This document shows, piece by piece, positions 11,281 to 25,737 of a stretch of 64,000 nt of DNA. Both the position numbers and the translations under genes were made by a program. Source of the stretch: Octopus sinensis (Eukaryota); contig NW_021832838.1 of assembly GCF_006345805.1 (NCBI RefSeq), positions 35,695 to 99,694 of the forward strand, written 5' to 3'. Every line of letters begins with the position of its first letter. Within the stretch, counting starts at the first letter, position 1. A model generated the notes under the pieces. The model did not search any database. It saw only the letters and a program-made list of their open reading frames with translations, and had not been told where the DNA came from.

Positions 11281-14200
11281 ATGTGTGTACATACATACAC
11301 ACATACAACATAACACATACACAACACATACATACATACATACATACACACACATACATACTACATATATACATACATACATACATACATACATACATAC
11401 ATACATACACAACACATACATACATACATACATGCATGCTACATACACATACATACATACATACATACAGACATACATACATACATACATACATACAACA
11501 CAGACATACATACATACATTACATACAATACCATCACAATACATACATACATACACACACATACATACATACATACATACATACATACACACACACATAT
11601 ACATACATACATACATACATACCACACATACATACATACATACATACATCACACACATACATACATACATACATACATCCTACATACATACATACACACA
11701 CATACATACATACATACATACATACAACCATACATACACACACATACATACATACATACATACATACACACATACATACATACATACATACATACATACA
11801 CACATACATACATACATATATACAGACATACATCACACACACACACAATCATACATACATACATACATACATACACACACACATACATACATACATACAT
11901 ACCACATACACATACATACATACATACATACATACACATACATACACACACATACATACATACATACATACATACATACATACACACTAATACATACATA
12001 CATACATACATACATACACACACATACATACATACAGATACACACACACACATACACACACATACATACATACATGCATACACACATACACACACAGACA
12101 TACATACATACACACACATACATACATACATACATACACGCACATATACATACATACATACATACACACATACACACACTTACATACATACATACATACA
12201 TACATACACACATACATACATACATACATACATACATACATACATACATACACACATACATACATACATACACACATACATAGATACCATACATACATAC
12301 ATACACACATACATACACACACATACATACATACATATATACATGCATACATACACACATATACATACAGACATACATACATACATACACACACATACAT
12401 ACATACCATACATACATACGTACACACACACATACACACATACATACATACATATATACATACATATACATACCCCATACAAACACACCACCCATACAGC
12501 ATACATCATACCCTACCATACATACATACATACATACATACATACATACACACACCATACATACCTACATACACACCATACATACATACATACATACATA
12601 CAACGTACATACATACATACACAACATACATACATACATACATACATACAACATACATACATCATACACACACATACTACATACATACATACATACACAC
12701 ACAACATACATGCATACACACCATACACACACATACATACATACATCATACACCATGTACATACATGCATACATACATACATACATACACACACATACAT
12801 ACATACACACATACATACAACATCATACATACATACATACATACATACATACACACACATACATACATCATACATACCACATGTACATACATACATACAT
12901 ACATACATACATACATACAACATACATACACACACATACATACATACATACATACACATACATACATACATACATACATACACACACATACATACATACA
13001 TACATACACACACATACACACCACAACATACACCACATACATACATACATACTTCATACACACACACATCCATACATACATACACACACTACTACACACA
13101 TTTACATACATACATACAGACATACATGCACACATACATACATACATACTACTACATACAATACATACATACATACACCATACACACACATACATACACA
13201 CATACATAGATACCATACATACATACATACACACATACATACACACACATACATACATACATACATAGATACATCATACATACAACAGCATACATACAGA
13301 CTGCCACATACATACACACCTACATACATACATACATACATACATACATACACACTACATACAACACACACATACATACATACACACCACACATACATAC
13401 ATACATAACATACATAATACCACATACATACATACATACATACACACACATACATACATACATACACACATACATACATACATACATACACACTACAATA
13501 CATACCCTACCATACATACATACAACACACATACATACATACATACATACATACATACATACCATACATACATACATACAATACACACACATACATACAT
13601 ACAGACATACATACACACACATACATACATACAACATACATACATACCTTCATACATACATACACACATACTACATACATACAACACATACATACTACAT
13701 ACATACAGACATACATACATTCATACATACATACACACATACATACATACATACATACATACATACATACATACCCTACCATACATACATACATACACAC
13801 ATACATACATACACACACATACATACTACATACATACACACATACATACATACATACATACACACATACATACATACCCTACCAGATACATACATACTAC
13901 ACAACATACATACAACACACACATACATACATACATACATACACAACATACATACATACTACTACACACATACATACATACCCTACCATACATACATACA
14001 TACACACATACATACATACTACATACATACATACATACATACATACATACATACATACATACATACATACATACATACATACCTACATACATATACCTAC
14101 ATACATACATACATACTACATACATACATACACACACATACATACATACATACATACATACACACATGCCCCACATACATACATACATACATACATACAC

Positions 14201-14812
14201 ACACATACAACATACATACGACATACATACATACACACACATAATACATACATACATACATACGTACATACATGCAAACATACATACATCCACGTACATA
14301 CATACATACACACACATAATACATACGACCTACATACATACACCATACATACATCTATACATACATAACTACATAATACATACACACCTACATACATACA
14401 TACATCATCATACATACATACATACACACCATACATACATATATACATACATACATACATACATACCACATACATACATACATACATACATACACCATAC
14501 ATCATACATACATACACAACATACATACATGCATACATACACACATACATACACACATACATAGATACATACATACCTACATCATACACACACACACACA
14601 CATACATACATACACATACATACATACATACATACATACATACACACCTAATAACACAACCACATACATACATACATACATCATACATACATACATACAT
14701 CACACACACACAACACACACATACATACATACATACATACAACATACATACACACATACATACATACATACCATACATACATACACACATACATACACAT
14801 ACATACATACAT

Positions 14813-14845
<33 letters not shown>

Positions 14846-14853
14846 TACATACA

Positions 14854-14883
<30 letters not shown>
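11281..14883. repeat. ~3.6-kb degenerate (CATA)n/(CA)n microsatellite array
   Basis: Continuous CATA/CACA units with scattered indels. It is the source of all HTYI/MYVC ORFs in the track. Confidence 0.97.
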
Positions 14884-14886
<3 letters not shown>

Positions 14887-15335
14887 TCATTTTAGTGGGG
14901 TTGTAAACAACACCACGTGCAGGTTGAAACCTTACTGTTTTTTTCAGGTTGAAGGTCGAGCCAAAATCATCCCAAGCTGTGTCAAATGCAGATGCAGGGG
15001 ACTGCATGCCCGTTTCACAGTGACTGATTAGATCGCAATTGCCATCGATTAAGAGTCCCCTAATGAGTGAAATACAAACCTTTCTTTTGAATTTCAGTTT
15101 GGTCAGATTAAAAACATTCCCCTGTTGTTTGACATGTTATGTAAATACCTTCCTCGGAGTTTTGAAGAGCGTGTGGCAGTACAATATCAAAGTATATTGC
15201 CAAGAGGGTGGCTGCAACATGGTCGCTTTGCTTTGCTCCATTTTCCACACACACACATATGCTCTTACATATATTATATACAATGTATGTATATATCGTA
15301 TTATATATATCATATATATATATATAATATATATA

Positions 15336-15374
<39 letters not shown>

Positions 15375-15806
15375 ATTACGTAAGTATAAATCACTGTGAG
15401 ATACAGGTCTATCTATTTTTAAATGTCTTTCTTTGAAAAATTGCATTCGGTGGGATTAGTAATTTTTGGTAGAAATGACTGATTGTCCCTCTTAGCGTAT
15501 GGCGTGTATGTAGAATGCCTCCGGGCATGTATGTATAATGCCCTCTATATATAAATTAATCTGTTCAATACGAAATAATTATTTTCGAATTTTTTCTCTC
15601 TTATGAGGTTTTACGCTATCTACCTGACAATTCTTGTTAAGTTTTCCTTATTAAGTAGTTGTCCCTTAATGCTATATATATATATATATATATATATATC
15701 GTTATATTTCGGAATGGTCATATTGCCAGTTTAGCAAATATTTAAACGTATATATATATAATATATATATATATAATATATATATAGATATATATATATA
15801 TATATA

Positions 15807-17062
15807 CAAGGGTTGACAAAAAATGGAAACACCTTAAAATTACAAACAAAATAATTTTAATATGGAGTAGGACTACCTTTTCCAGTAATTACAGCTTGAA
15901 TTCTACGCGATATGGACTCGTACAAGGTTTGAATTGTTTCCAAAGGAATTTTTGTCCATTCTTCAGCTAAAACAGTCTCCAGTTCTTGTAGTGATGATGG
16001 TGGAGGATATTGACTCCTTACTTGTTTTTCTAAAATGCACCACAAATGTTCAATAATATTGAGATCTGGGGACTGTGGTGTTCAGATAAGATTTCAACTT
16101 CACTTGAATATTTCTCGTGCCATTCAGTAACAATTTTAGCTGCGCGTATTAGTGCATTATCATCCTGAAAGGTTGCATTTCCCTCCGCCAACAGATCCGC
16201 AACCATAGGATGAATTTGATCAGATAAAATGCTTATATAGTCTCGAGTATGAATTCTGCCATGAAGAGAAATCATGTCCAAGATATAACCCTCCAGGTCA
16301 TCACAGATCTTCCTCCATCTTTAAGAGTTGGAAGAAGGCAGTCTGGGTCAAATGCTTATTTTGGCTGTCTCCATACGTATACTCGGCCGGTGGTCGGAAA
16401 TATGGTAAGGGATAACTCGCCCGAGAAAATAACATTCTTCCACTGCTCTAGGGACCAATTCAGTCTGTTTTTACTCCACTCTAAACGCTTTGCAACGTTT
16501 GGTTTTGAAAGTAGTGGTTATTCTGATTGCAACCTTCCCGTAAAATCCGGCTTTGTGCAGCTCCCAGCGAACAGTTTTTGTGGAAACTGGGTTCTTGAGG
16601 TGGTCATTAAGCTCTGCAGTAATTTTAGGAGCTGTACTTTTGTGATCCTTTCTAACAATTTGCGTAAGAATCTCACGGTCCCTATCCGAAAGTTTTGGTT
16701 TTCTTCCGGAGTTTTGTTTCGACGAGGAAGTTTTTCTCTCTTTCTCAAAGGCTGTCATTACTTTCAAGACAGTACTTCCTGATACACCAAACTTTTCGGC
16801 TGTTTTCGTTACGCTAGTGCCTGCCATATAAGCACCAACAATTTGACCTCTTTGAAAGTCCGATAGATCTGCCATTTTAATGAATTTTTATTATCTTTTT
16901 CTGATGATATCTGAAAAGAAACAGCAGTTTTAGCAAAACATTAAGCAACGTTAATAATAAATAAAAAAAAACATTAAAATAAACAAGCTTTTGACGGTTT
17001 TATAGATATTTCAAAATTATGATGCTATGATGCTAGGTGTTTCCATTATTTTGTCCAACCCC

Positions 17063-17064
<2 letters not shown>
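15807..17064 (-). mobile_element. full-length Tc1 (DD34E) DNA transposon, inactive
   Basis: ~30-bp terminal inverted repeats (caagggttgacaaaaaatggaaacacct at 15807-15834; aggtgtttccattattttgtccaacccctg at 17035-17064), each flanked by TA. Confidence 0.95.
15857..16875 (-). pseudogene. Tc1 transposase with frameshifts and stops
   Basis: MADLSDFQRGQIVGA..G.SVTKTA..FGVS (paired-like HTH), SGRKPKLS.RD, W.NVIFSGE (first catalytic D changed to G), FQDDNA, SPDLNIIEHLW, ending RRIQAVI..KG.PTPY*. Confidence 0.93.
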
Positions 17065-17099
<35 letters not shown>

Positions 17100-17216
17100 G
17101 CATGCGCACAGACAGACACAAACACATACACACACACACATATATATATATGCATATATATCTATCCATATATATATATATACATACATACATACACACA
17201 CACATATATATATATA

Positions 17217-17253
<37 letters not shown>

Positions 17254-17393
17254 GTACACACACACTAGTGAATATGTTTGTGTGTGCGTGTGTGTATGTT
17301 TACATAATTCTATATGCGTTTGTCTTCGCATGTGTGTGTATTCGTGAGTATTTCTTCATATATATGAAACAACAAATAAATAAATAAATAAAT

Positions 17394-17426
<33 letters not shown>

Positions 17427-17832
17427 AAGGAAGAAAGGAAGAAAGAGAGAATTCGTTATACAAAATCTTTGGTCTACAATTCGGAATGAATAACTAAGAT
17501 TCATTTCAAAATAATATGAATTAGATTCTATCTCAGTGATAAAAGGATTTTCTTTTAGTGGTTCATTTGCGATTGCACTACACACACACACACACAAACA
17601 CACAACACACACACACCACACACACACACACACACCACACACACACACACACACACGCACGCACATTCATGTTTGTATAATTATATACACCCATACACAC
17701 ATGTTCTGCCGTGAGTTGGCACACATGTTAATTTACAAAGAAACACGTTCATTTGTTTAGAAAATATAGGTGAAAAGTTGAAGAAATCTAAAAGTACAAT
17801 GCAAAATGAAGATATACACACACATATATATA

Positions 17833-17933
<101 letters not shown>

Positions 17934-19619
17934 ACAAACATACATGTACGCAGGTGACGATCCATTGAACATGTTTCGTTATGGCTAATTCTTAACATGT
18001 TTTCGAACAATTTTGTCTTGATTTAATGCCTGTCCGTGTCTTTTGCTTTGTTGTTGTTGTTGTTTTTGTAATTTTTCTTGTTGCTGTTTATTATTCTTAT
18101 TGTTGTCGCCGTTGTTGTTTCGCAGAATAATTTATTATTTCGGCACAACATGAGATACAACAAACGAAATTTGCTGCTCGTTTCTTAAATATTCGGCCAT
18201 CTTAATCTAAAACCGCCGATAATTTCGGCCATATTCAACGACTGTCATAGTTAGTACTGTCCTTTTATATGATCTTGAATTTAAGAACAAAGTCGACAAA
18301 CGCGTATTTTAATACCTGTTCTCTTAGTCAGAATTCCATTATTTACAGCCCAAAATCGAGAGGATTAATCCGTTCGATTTATGTAACTGCACGTTCAATG
18401 TTTTCGCTACCTGCCTCTTCACTTTCTCCTTGTATATACAGGTTTGCACTCTCTCCATCTTTGCCTTTAATATCGTCTGCTTTTCTCCATTTGCACATTG
18501 ATTAAGTAACGATCTCCACATCACGATTTACATATATATGTTCATATTCCCAACCATTTCAGGATTACACAAACTTTCTTCCCGCTTCCTCCCAACAATA
18601 TTTCGCCGATTAAGATCATGGTGAGGCATCTATTGAAAATGATAAATAGTGATGCATGAACTTGCAGAAACAAATGTCTAGGCGGAAATTACTCGTGAAT
18701 ATACGGAGATATGGGAGTGAACGTTGCATTGCAAAACAGAGGACACCTCAGCGGATATTTGTTTTATATTCATTGTTGTCAGTATCTATGTATATATTAA
18801 ATTACTGAATCTAATCCACGATAGGCACTCTGCTATTTCCAGATGAAATATTTTCAGATCAGACAACGTTACAGAGAAATGTGTTTTTCTAATCAATTGA
18901 AACACCCTGCCATCAATACTTAGATCGATATCGATTAAGCACAAAAGAAATCAGCCTTGTAATAGAAAGGACTGTAATCGATATAATCAACCCCATTATG
19001 TAACTGGTATTTCAATTTATCAACCCTCATTGTAAAAGAAAGATACAATTATCATCTAAGCCATTAAGCCATCCTCGATAATGACTTTTTCATGCCCTAG
19101 ACTTCTTGATAAACTTAGACTTATATCTCCAAAGAAGCTGTTCAATAAGTACCAGCTATGTACTAGGGCCAAATATTTGACTATAAAAGTTCACCAAAGC
19201 TGAGGACTTAGCGTCGGTCAAACTGTTTTCCGTCAGCCTTTTACTTCTTGTGTTCAGTTCCCCTCAAGATCCAGTTTGCATTTAATCCTTCTGGGACCAA
19301 TAGAATAAAGAACCAATCAAGTACTGTGATCGATTTAATCGATAACTCCCTACCCCAAATTTACGGTCTTGCGTTAATACGAATTTCATACGAGTTTCTA
19401 CTGCTCCACAACTTTCACCTCTGTTTCTCCGTGATTTCTGTACCACAACTTTCAACTCTGGCTTGCTGATGTGTATACCACGAGGTACATTTTTTAATTC
19501 TAAAGTTATACAAAACAAGAATTGTAAACCATAACATTTTCTGATAGAATAAGAATTATTGATGCCATGGCCGTAGATACGTGTTACGTTGGAAGAACTG
19601 CTACATTGCTATTTGGTTC

Positions 19620-20160
19620 TGGTATATTCTATGTTACTGGTTGGTCATTGTATGTTCTATGGACGGAGGTTATATTGCTTCATGTATGCTATTGAATTGC
19701 CTTTCCAGCACAGCTTGTATATTCTCTCTTCCTAGATCCCTTATCCTAACAGCCGCTTATATTTTTACTTGTCCTGTTTTTACTTTCATACTCTAAACAC
19801 TTTGTATTTTCAAGAACTTTCTATTCTGACAGTTTTTTTTCACTTTCTTTCGGGCCAAACATCACAAGAGATCACAATGGCGATGGAAAATCATGCATTT
19901 TCTTTCCAGTTGTTGATTATTATACCTGGTTTTTATTCTTGTAAGCTTAGAAAAACATTTTCCCCGATAATTGTCGCAAGGTTGTTATATACCGTGATTA
20001 GTAGAGTTTTTTTCTTCTTAGGTTCTTGTTCGGTTTTTACATTGAAATGTTGGCATATTGCGCAGTGGCCATAGATGCCAACTTGTTCGTGTCTCCTATA
20101 ATTACTCGGGTTTGACATGGAATTATTAAATCTAGCGGGTTTGCCTATACCCAGTTTTTC
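19620..20160 (-). pseudogene. highly decayed RLE-clade LINE C-terminus (zinc knuckle and endonuclease)
   Basis: The minus frame reads NYRRHEQVGIYGHCAICQHF....EPK.....NNLATII.....E*KPGIII..KE...SIAI..D, resembling RHD.V...HW.IC..Y / TILWD / RPDI. Confidence 0.6.
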
Positions 20161-20690
20161 CCCCGCCATTTCTGTCAACAGTCAGCAATTATCCAGTTCT
20201 TACAGGCCATAGGGGAGCCATCTACATCCCGGTCACTGACAACATAACCATCCCAGTATCTATTACACATGTTGCGAACGAGAAATGCTTTCTTTCGTTA
20301 TTTTCTTACAATTTTTAAAAAATTTACTTTTTCATTTTCAAGAAAATGTCTTTTTTCGTCAATTTCTTCTTTTCTTTTCTTTTTTACTTATCAAAGAACC
20401 TAATGAGTTTTCCATGTCAATTCGATGTTGGTGTCTGTCCGCTGAGTATAATATACATTACATTGTTACCACAAGTACGCTGCTGCTGCTGCTGCTGCGG
20501 CTGCTGCTGCTGCGGTCTGCCAGGCAACGTTGTTGATATTAAACGCTTGCAATGGATTCTCTCTTCAGTCCCTTTGTACCTGTGTGTGTCTGTCTGTAAT
20601 CTGTGTAATACTAGTCTGACTGTGCTGTCTGTGCTGTGTATGTAATTCTTGTAAATATTTGTGCGTATTTGTGTTTACACACACACATAT

Positions 20691-20729
<39 letters not shown>

Positions 20730-21598
20730 CAGTAACACAGATAGACACACACATATACATATATACAAGTATCCGTATGCGAATGTATTTGTGTGAGTAT
20801 GTGTCTGCACATGTGTGTGTGTGTGTGTGTGTGAGTATGTATGTGTGCATAAGAGTGTGTGTGTATGTGTGAGTATGTATGTGTGCATAAGAGTGTGTGT
20901 GTGTGTCTATACATGTATAGTTTTCTGAATTTTTCAGTTGTGTTGTTTACTGGTTTCAGATTTAATTCCTTTATTTCCTTCAAAACTTCTGTTGAATTCT
21001 CTTCTCTTCTGATTTCTTCACAACCAGAAGAAGCAGCGACCGTCACAGAAGTGGCAGAGGAGGGAGAGACGAAAATGCAACAGTTGGTTCGTCGGTGAGT
21101 TTCGCTGAGTCATTGCTTAAATGTCGGTCACGTTTCTTCAGATTTGGTTGCATTTTTTGTGTTTCTTAAGAATCATTTTAAAAGGTGTTAGGGGGCAATA
21201 TTGCAATTTGTGACCTCATTTGAGATTTTCATATCATCAACCCATGTTGGTAGGGGTAAGATCTGAATTTATTTCTGGCGCGAAAAGAGGAAGCTATTCT
21301 TAGAGACGTATTCTGTTTGTTTTGTTTCACATTTTGAAAATGCCTGGAGAGATAAAACTTTTATTGTGAAGTCTGGCGTTTTAGGGTTTTAAATGTTTTC
21401 CACGTTTAGGGCGGTGGTGCTGGGGTTTCTTTAATACGTTTTTATTGACATGGCTCTATTAGGCGATGTTTTTCATGCCACTCTGTTGTGCTTAAATGGA
21501 AAGTGTGTGAATCCTGTGTGGGAGGCTAAGTTGGAATACAGAACGGAATCACCTGTTTTAGGAAATTCTAAAAACGATAAAAACGTTTTATCTTATAA

Positions 21599-22072
21599 CT
21601 AGCAGAAATACCCGTCGTTGACTGGGTTCAGAAAGAGACTTCAAAAATGATACCCTCATTTATGAAAGTTAGTGCTTCGATATTATTGAATGTTTTGTAG
21701 CGGAATATCCACAAGCTCTTATTGCCAGGCTTCAGCCCCAAAAGTTATAATATTTTACTGATGGGTCTGCTGATAGTCAATCTCTTCTACTCTTTCTATT
21801 TTCCTACGCTGAGATTGCTTAGGTCGTCCAAGTCTAATTGTTTCGGAGGCATTGTAGTAAGGTGAATTAATCTATAAGACTCAGGTTAACAAACTTACGG
21901 ATTTCACCGACGGGAAAATTGGTAAAAGTTATGGTTGAAAAGCTATTTTTACCGCTATCAGAGGGTGCCTCGGGGAAAATAAGTTGACAAAAGCACAGCC
22001 ATGGTTGTGACCAATGTCCTAAAATTGGAGCGACATACGTGCTAATTTGTGGACGTGCATAAAGTACATTCA

Positions 22073-22113
<41 letters not shown>

Positions 22114-22134
22114 CCTCCCTTTTATAGATATAGA
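21599..22134 (-). mobile_element. non-autonomous Helitron, ~540 bp
   Basis: On the minus strand: A|TC start (plus-strand ga at 22133-22134 followed by t), a (TG)n subterminal run, then a 3' hairpin (acccagtcaacgacgggt) and CTAG|T end at 21599-21602. Inserted between A and T with no TSD. Confidence 0.8.
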
Positions 22135-23174
22135 TCTTAACAGTTAAACAAGGAAACAGACAGTTTTGTATGCTGCACTGTAACATCAGGATGGAGTCCA
22201 TTGTGAAAATGGGGGAAGCTAGGTGTTAATAGCCAAACTGTGTAGCTCTAGCAAATTGGCTTGACCTTAGCAAACCTTTATAAGCGGAGATAATTGTACG
22301 ACCAGTTTTGGGTGACAAGGTCGTTCAATTGGATTCTGGAAGCTGTGATTGCCTGTTTAGTTTATGCACTTTCTATTTCGTGTTAGGTATTTATGGAATT
22401 ATTTTATATTCCAGGAATTCGCCAGAACCTTTTGCTTGTCAGAGTTAAATAATTTCTGTGTCACGCCTGAGTGAGTACACAAGCCTCTTAAGTTATGTTA
22501 TTGTAAGACTTATGTGAAGTTTGAAGCCTGTATTTGTGGCAATTTCTGTAGTAATTTTGATAGCTCTTTTCTCTTAAGATAAATGTTAAAAAAATTGTAT
22601 AAATAACTAGAGGGTGGATGAATTCATTTTTCAGGTAGCCAATATTTTGTATTTTTTGTATTCTAAATTTTGTCTAATGGTTACTCAGCATTCACGTATG
22701 AAGCAGTTTTGTATGAATTTAAAGTAAACTAAATTTTTTTGTTTGGATATTTAATTTTTTAGTCTGGCAGCCGTTCTGTGTCATGAACTTTTAGTTTAAA
22801 TGGTTGTTTTGACATTAGATTTATTTATGTGTAGATCCAAGGTTCGAAAACTGAATATGTGATGCCAGACTTTATGAACCCAAATTTTCGGAACCCAAAT
22901 TTGTGAATCCAGAGTTACGAATCCAAGTTTGTAAAATTATGTTGGTGAAACTGGATTTCTGAATCCGAATTTATGAAACTGCATATATTTTACTTTTGTT
23001 AATAATATTAAAAAAAAACCTTCATGGTGTGTTATTGTTTGGGGTTTACCCCATCATTGTTGGTGATGGAAATTCGAGTTATGGCCACCAGGTCGTAACA
23101 CCTGTAAAGGTTTATGGGTGGGTCACTAGCAGTGATAGCATGGAGGTCGTTAATGTACACAGCAGTGGATTGGG

Positions 23175-23206
<32 letters not shown>

Positions 23207-23399
23207 AAGAGAGAGAGAGAGAGAAAGAGATAGAGAGAGCGAGAGGCTATAACAACGCGATAGAACAATGATCAAAAATGAAGCGTATAAGCAGCGAGTT
23301 TAGCGAGGTTTTCATGTAAAATATTGTCACATTTCATTGGTGTTCAGTGCAACGACATTGTCTTCTCTGAACTTTTCCTTCTTACCGGTAAATGTTAAT

Positions 23400-24400
23400 T
23401 GGTGAGTGACCAAAGGGTGTATATACCCGTTCGATCCGGTTGTACGGGGATGGAGTTAATAACGAAAGAGATGGAGTTAAGATATTTGGAAGAAAAGATA
23501 TTGGAAGTGAGAATGATAACTCGATTGTTGGCGGGGTCGGGGTTGGCAACACGCTTTACTTCTCTGTGGATTGAAACCCCTTTGCTAGATTTTCAGATGT
23601 CAGTAAAATTCCTGTAGATCAGTAATTCTCAGCTATTGCTTACATATGAACCCCTTCGATTCCTTGTTTACTAGGATGGCCCCCATTCGATGCTTAAAAG
23701 AAATCCTATTATATTTTTGTAATTAAATATTATTAGAAATTATATAAAAAAGATTGCTAAAATTATTCTGTGTTTGTCGAGTCTGTTAAATATGGAGCTG
23801 GAAGCGATTCAGGAAACCAAGAAGGCACTTTCATGGTTGGTGTACTGCTTTGGGGTTGTTCATGTAATGTGAGCGTCGTCATTATATTATACACACACAT
23901 GTAGAATGTGGGTTACAGATATATGCTCATATGTAGTGTGATGTTCAAAAGAGACTGTACGGAATCCGTTGAATGGGTGGTTCCTGTTTTTATTAGTGAG
24001 AGACTTAATCTGTCGGTCAGTTTAACAACCCTACCTGGTCCTTGGGGGAATTTTGCTGAGTCTACTCCATGAGAGGTATTTAAGATAGGTTTCTTGTTTG
24101 AGGATATTGTCCTCCCTTATCCCCACCATTCCCGCCAACTGAATGACCGGACAATTCTTCTGTACTTCAACATCTAAATGAATGGGAAAAAAATCCTCCA
24201 GAAAAAGTTTCGTTCCTCGCGTTTATTCGTTGGGGATTCTCGAGTTTCCTTTTAAGAGGAACAGTTTTTCAGGAGAACTTACTGAATACGTTTTGGATCC
24301 GTTAATGTAAGGCCTGGATTTGGAGAGGATTTTCCGTTTGATGTCGAAAGTAATGGCCCCTTTGTCTTTGAGTTTCCAGATTAAAACGAAAGAGTTGTTG
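23400..24400 (+). mobile_element. possible very old Gypsy-type gag/pol relic
   Basis: Only broken motifs remain (DVSKIP; KKAL/F.GWCTALG resembling EKE.LFD.WCT of Gypsy gag). No LTR pair found. Confidence 0.25.
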
Positions 24401-25341
24401 AATGTCTTTTATCACGGTACTTAAAATTCGAAAGATGGTTGTTATATCAAGATTTAAATTTTCCTTTCACAGCTCCGATATACATTTTGATATATATGCA
24501 ACAATTGTCGTGGTTCGTTGAAACATGCGCTTCATAAACTAGAGAAGATATATGGCACTCCTGTCCTAAAGGACATTTAAATTTGTTTCTACATGTGCAT
24601 CCGGGGCAGGCTTGAGTCGTCCGTTGTTTATTGATACATATTGTAACATTAGAGGGACAAGAAAAGGTAATTTCTCAGTTCTATATTTAAGAGATGAGGA
24701 ATTATGTATATTATTTAAGTAAGGTAAGTTTTATCGTGTGTTCACTCGAAAACCTGTACATCTTAAAAACGTGGGAACCTTCCACGAATACAGACATTCG
24801 AGGAACGAGATTTTTTCCGTATGTCCGCATTTCAAGAAATACATCTTGTCGAATTTAAATGTAGGCCACTGGACACTTTGTAAACCATTAACGTCATGTT
24901 TACGTTTGTTTTGCATCGAATTACTGCAGCGTCGGTTATCTCCCTTGTGCTTTTTTTGTTTTCTTCTTCACCAGCGTCGCTTTTTTAAACGTCATCTGAC
25001 CCAAAGACAACTGACTAACGGTCTTGATTTCAGCTTGATAAATGGCGGAATAAATTACTATTTCGACCAGGAAACCTTGGCTAGGTGTATTTACAAGATT
25101 GGTAGTTCTTACGATAAGATTATATATACAACTGTCTTCGTCGTTTGTTTATCTGTAAATTTCAACTATATATATATATATATATATAATTCAAGAAGTT
25201 TATATATAAAGTCCAACAAATTTATTCTTATTAATGAAATGAAGAAGACTGGATATCAAAATGGATTTTAGTTTTTATTTTCATATAACTATACAATTGT
25301 TTCTGACAAATGGACTAAGATTTTCATAAATAGAAAATAGC

Positions 25342-25378
<37 letters not shown>

Positions 25379-25454
25379 ATATTGGTAAAAACGGTAAGAT
25401 AACAAAAGAAAGAAAGAGACCTCAATATTATGTAAATAGAGGAAATTTTTCTGT

Positions 25455-25633
25455 AAAATAATATGTGACAATTATTCGATAGCCAGGATAAAACTCTGAG
25501 TTTTGGATGCCGAGGTGGAAGCGTTTTTTTCAGATGGCCAGATAACCGAAGAGATGGTGTTGTGGATTTCCACCTCGGCATCCAAAACTCAGTGTTTTAT
25601 CTTGGCTACTGAATAATTGTCACATATTATTTT
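25455..25633. mobile_element. MITE-like near-perfect hairpin
   Basis: ~66-bp inverted arms (25455-25520 / 25568-25633) with few mismatches and a ~47-nt spacer. Confidence 0.75.
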
Positions 25634-25695
25634 TCATATTTGTTTATGCTTGTTTATGTTTTCCAGTTTCAGCTCTTGAGCTGTAGCCATGCTGG

Positions 25696-25733
<38 letters not shown>

Positions 25734-25737
<4 letters not shown>

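Noticed and set aside
14948-15031. Possible terminal exon VEGRAKIIPSCVKCRCRGLHARFTVTD* after ttttttcag
   Set aside because: Only an acceptor-like site and 27 codons, with no recognisable homology or partner exon. It may be repeat-derived.
16905-16930. ctgatga...gaaa inside the Tc1 5' region
   Set aside because: No stem II, stem I or stem III pairing; chance match.
24738-25271. 177-aa ORF
   Set aside because: No recognisable motif, it runs through a (TA)n tract, and its composition is that of AT-rich non-coding DNA.
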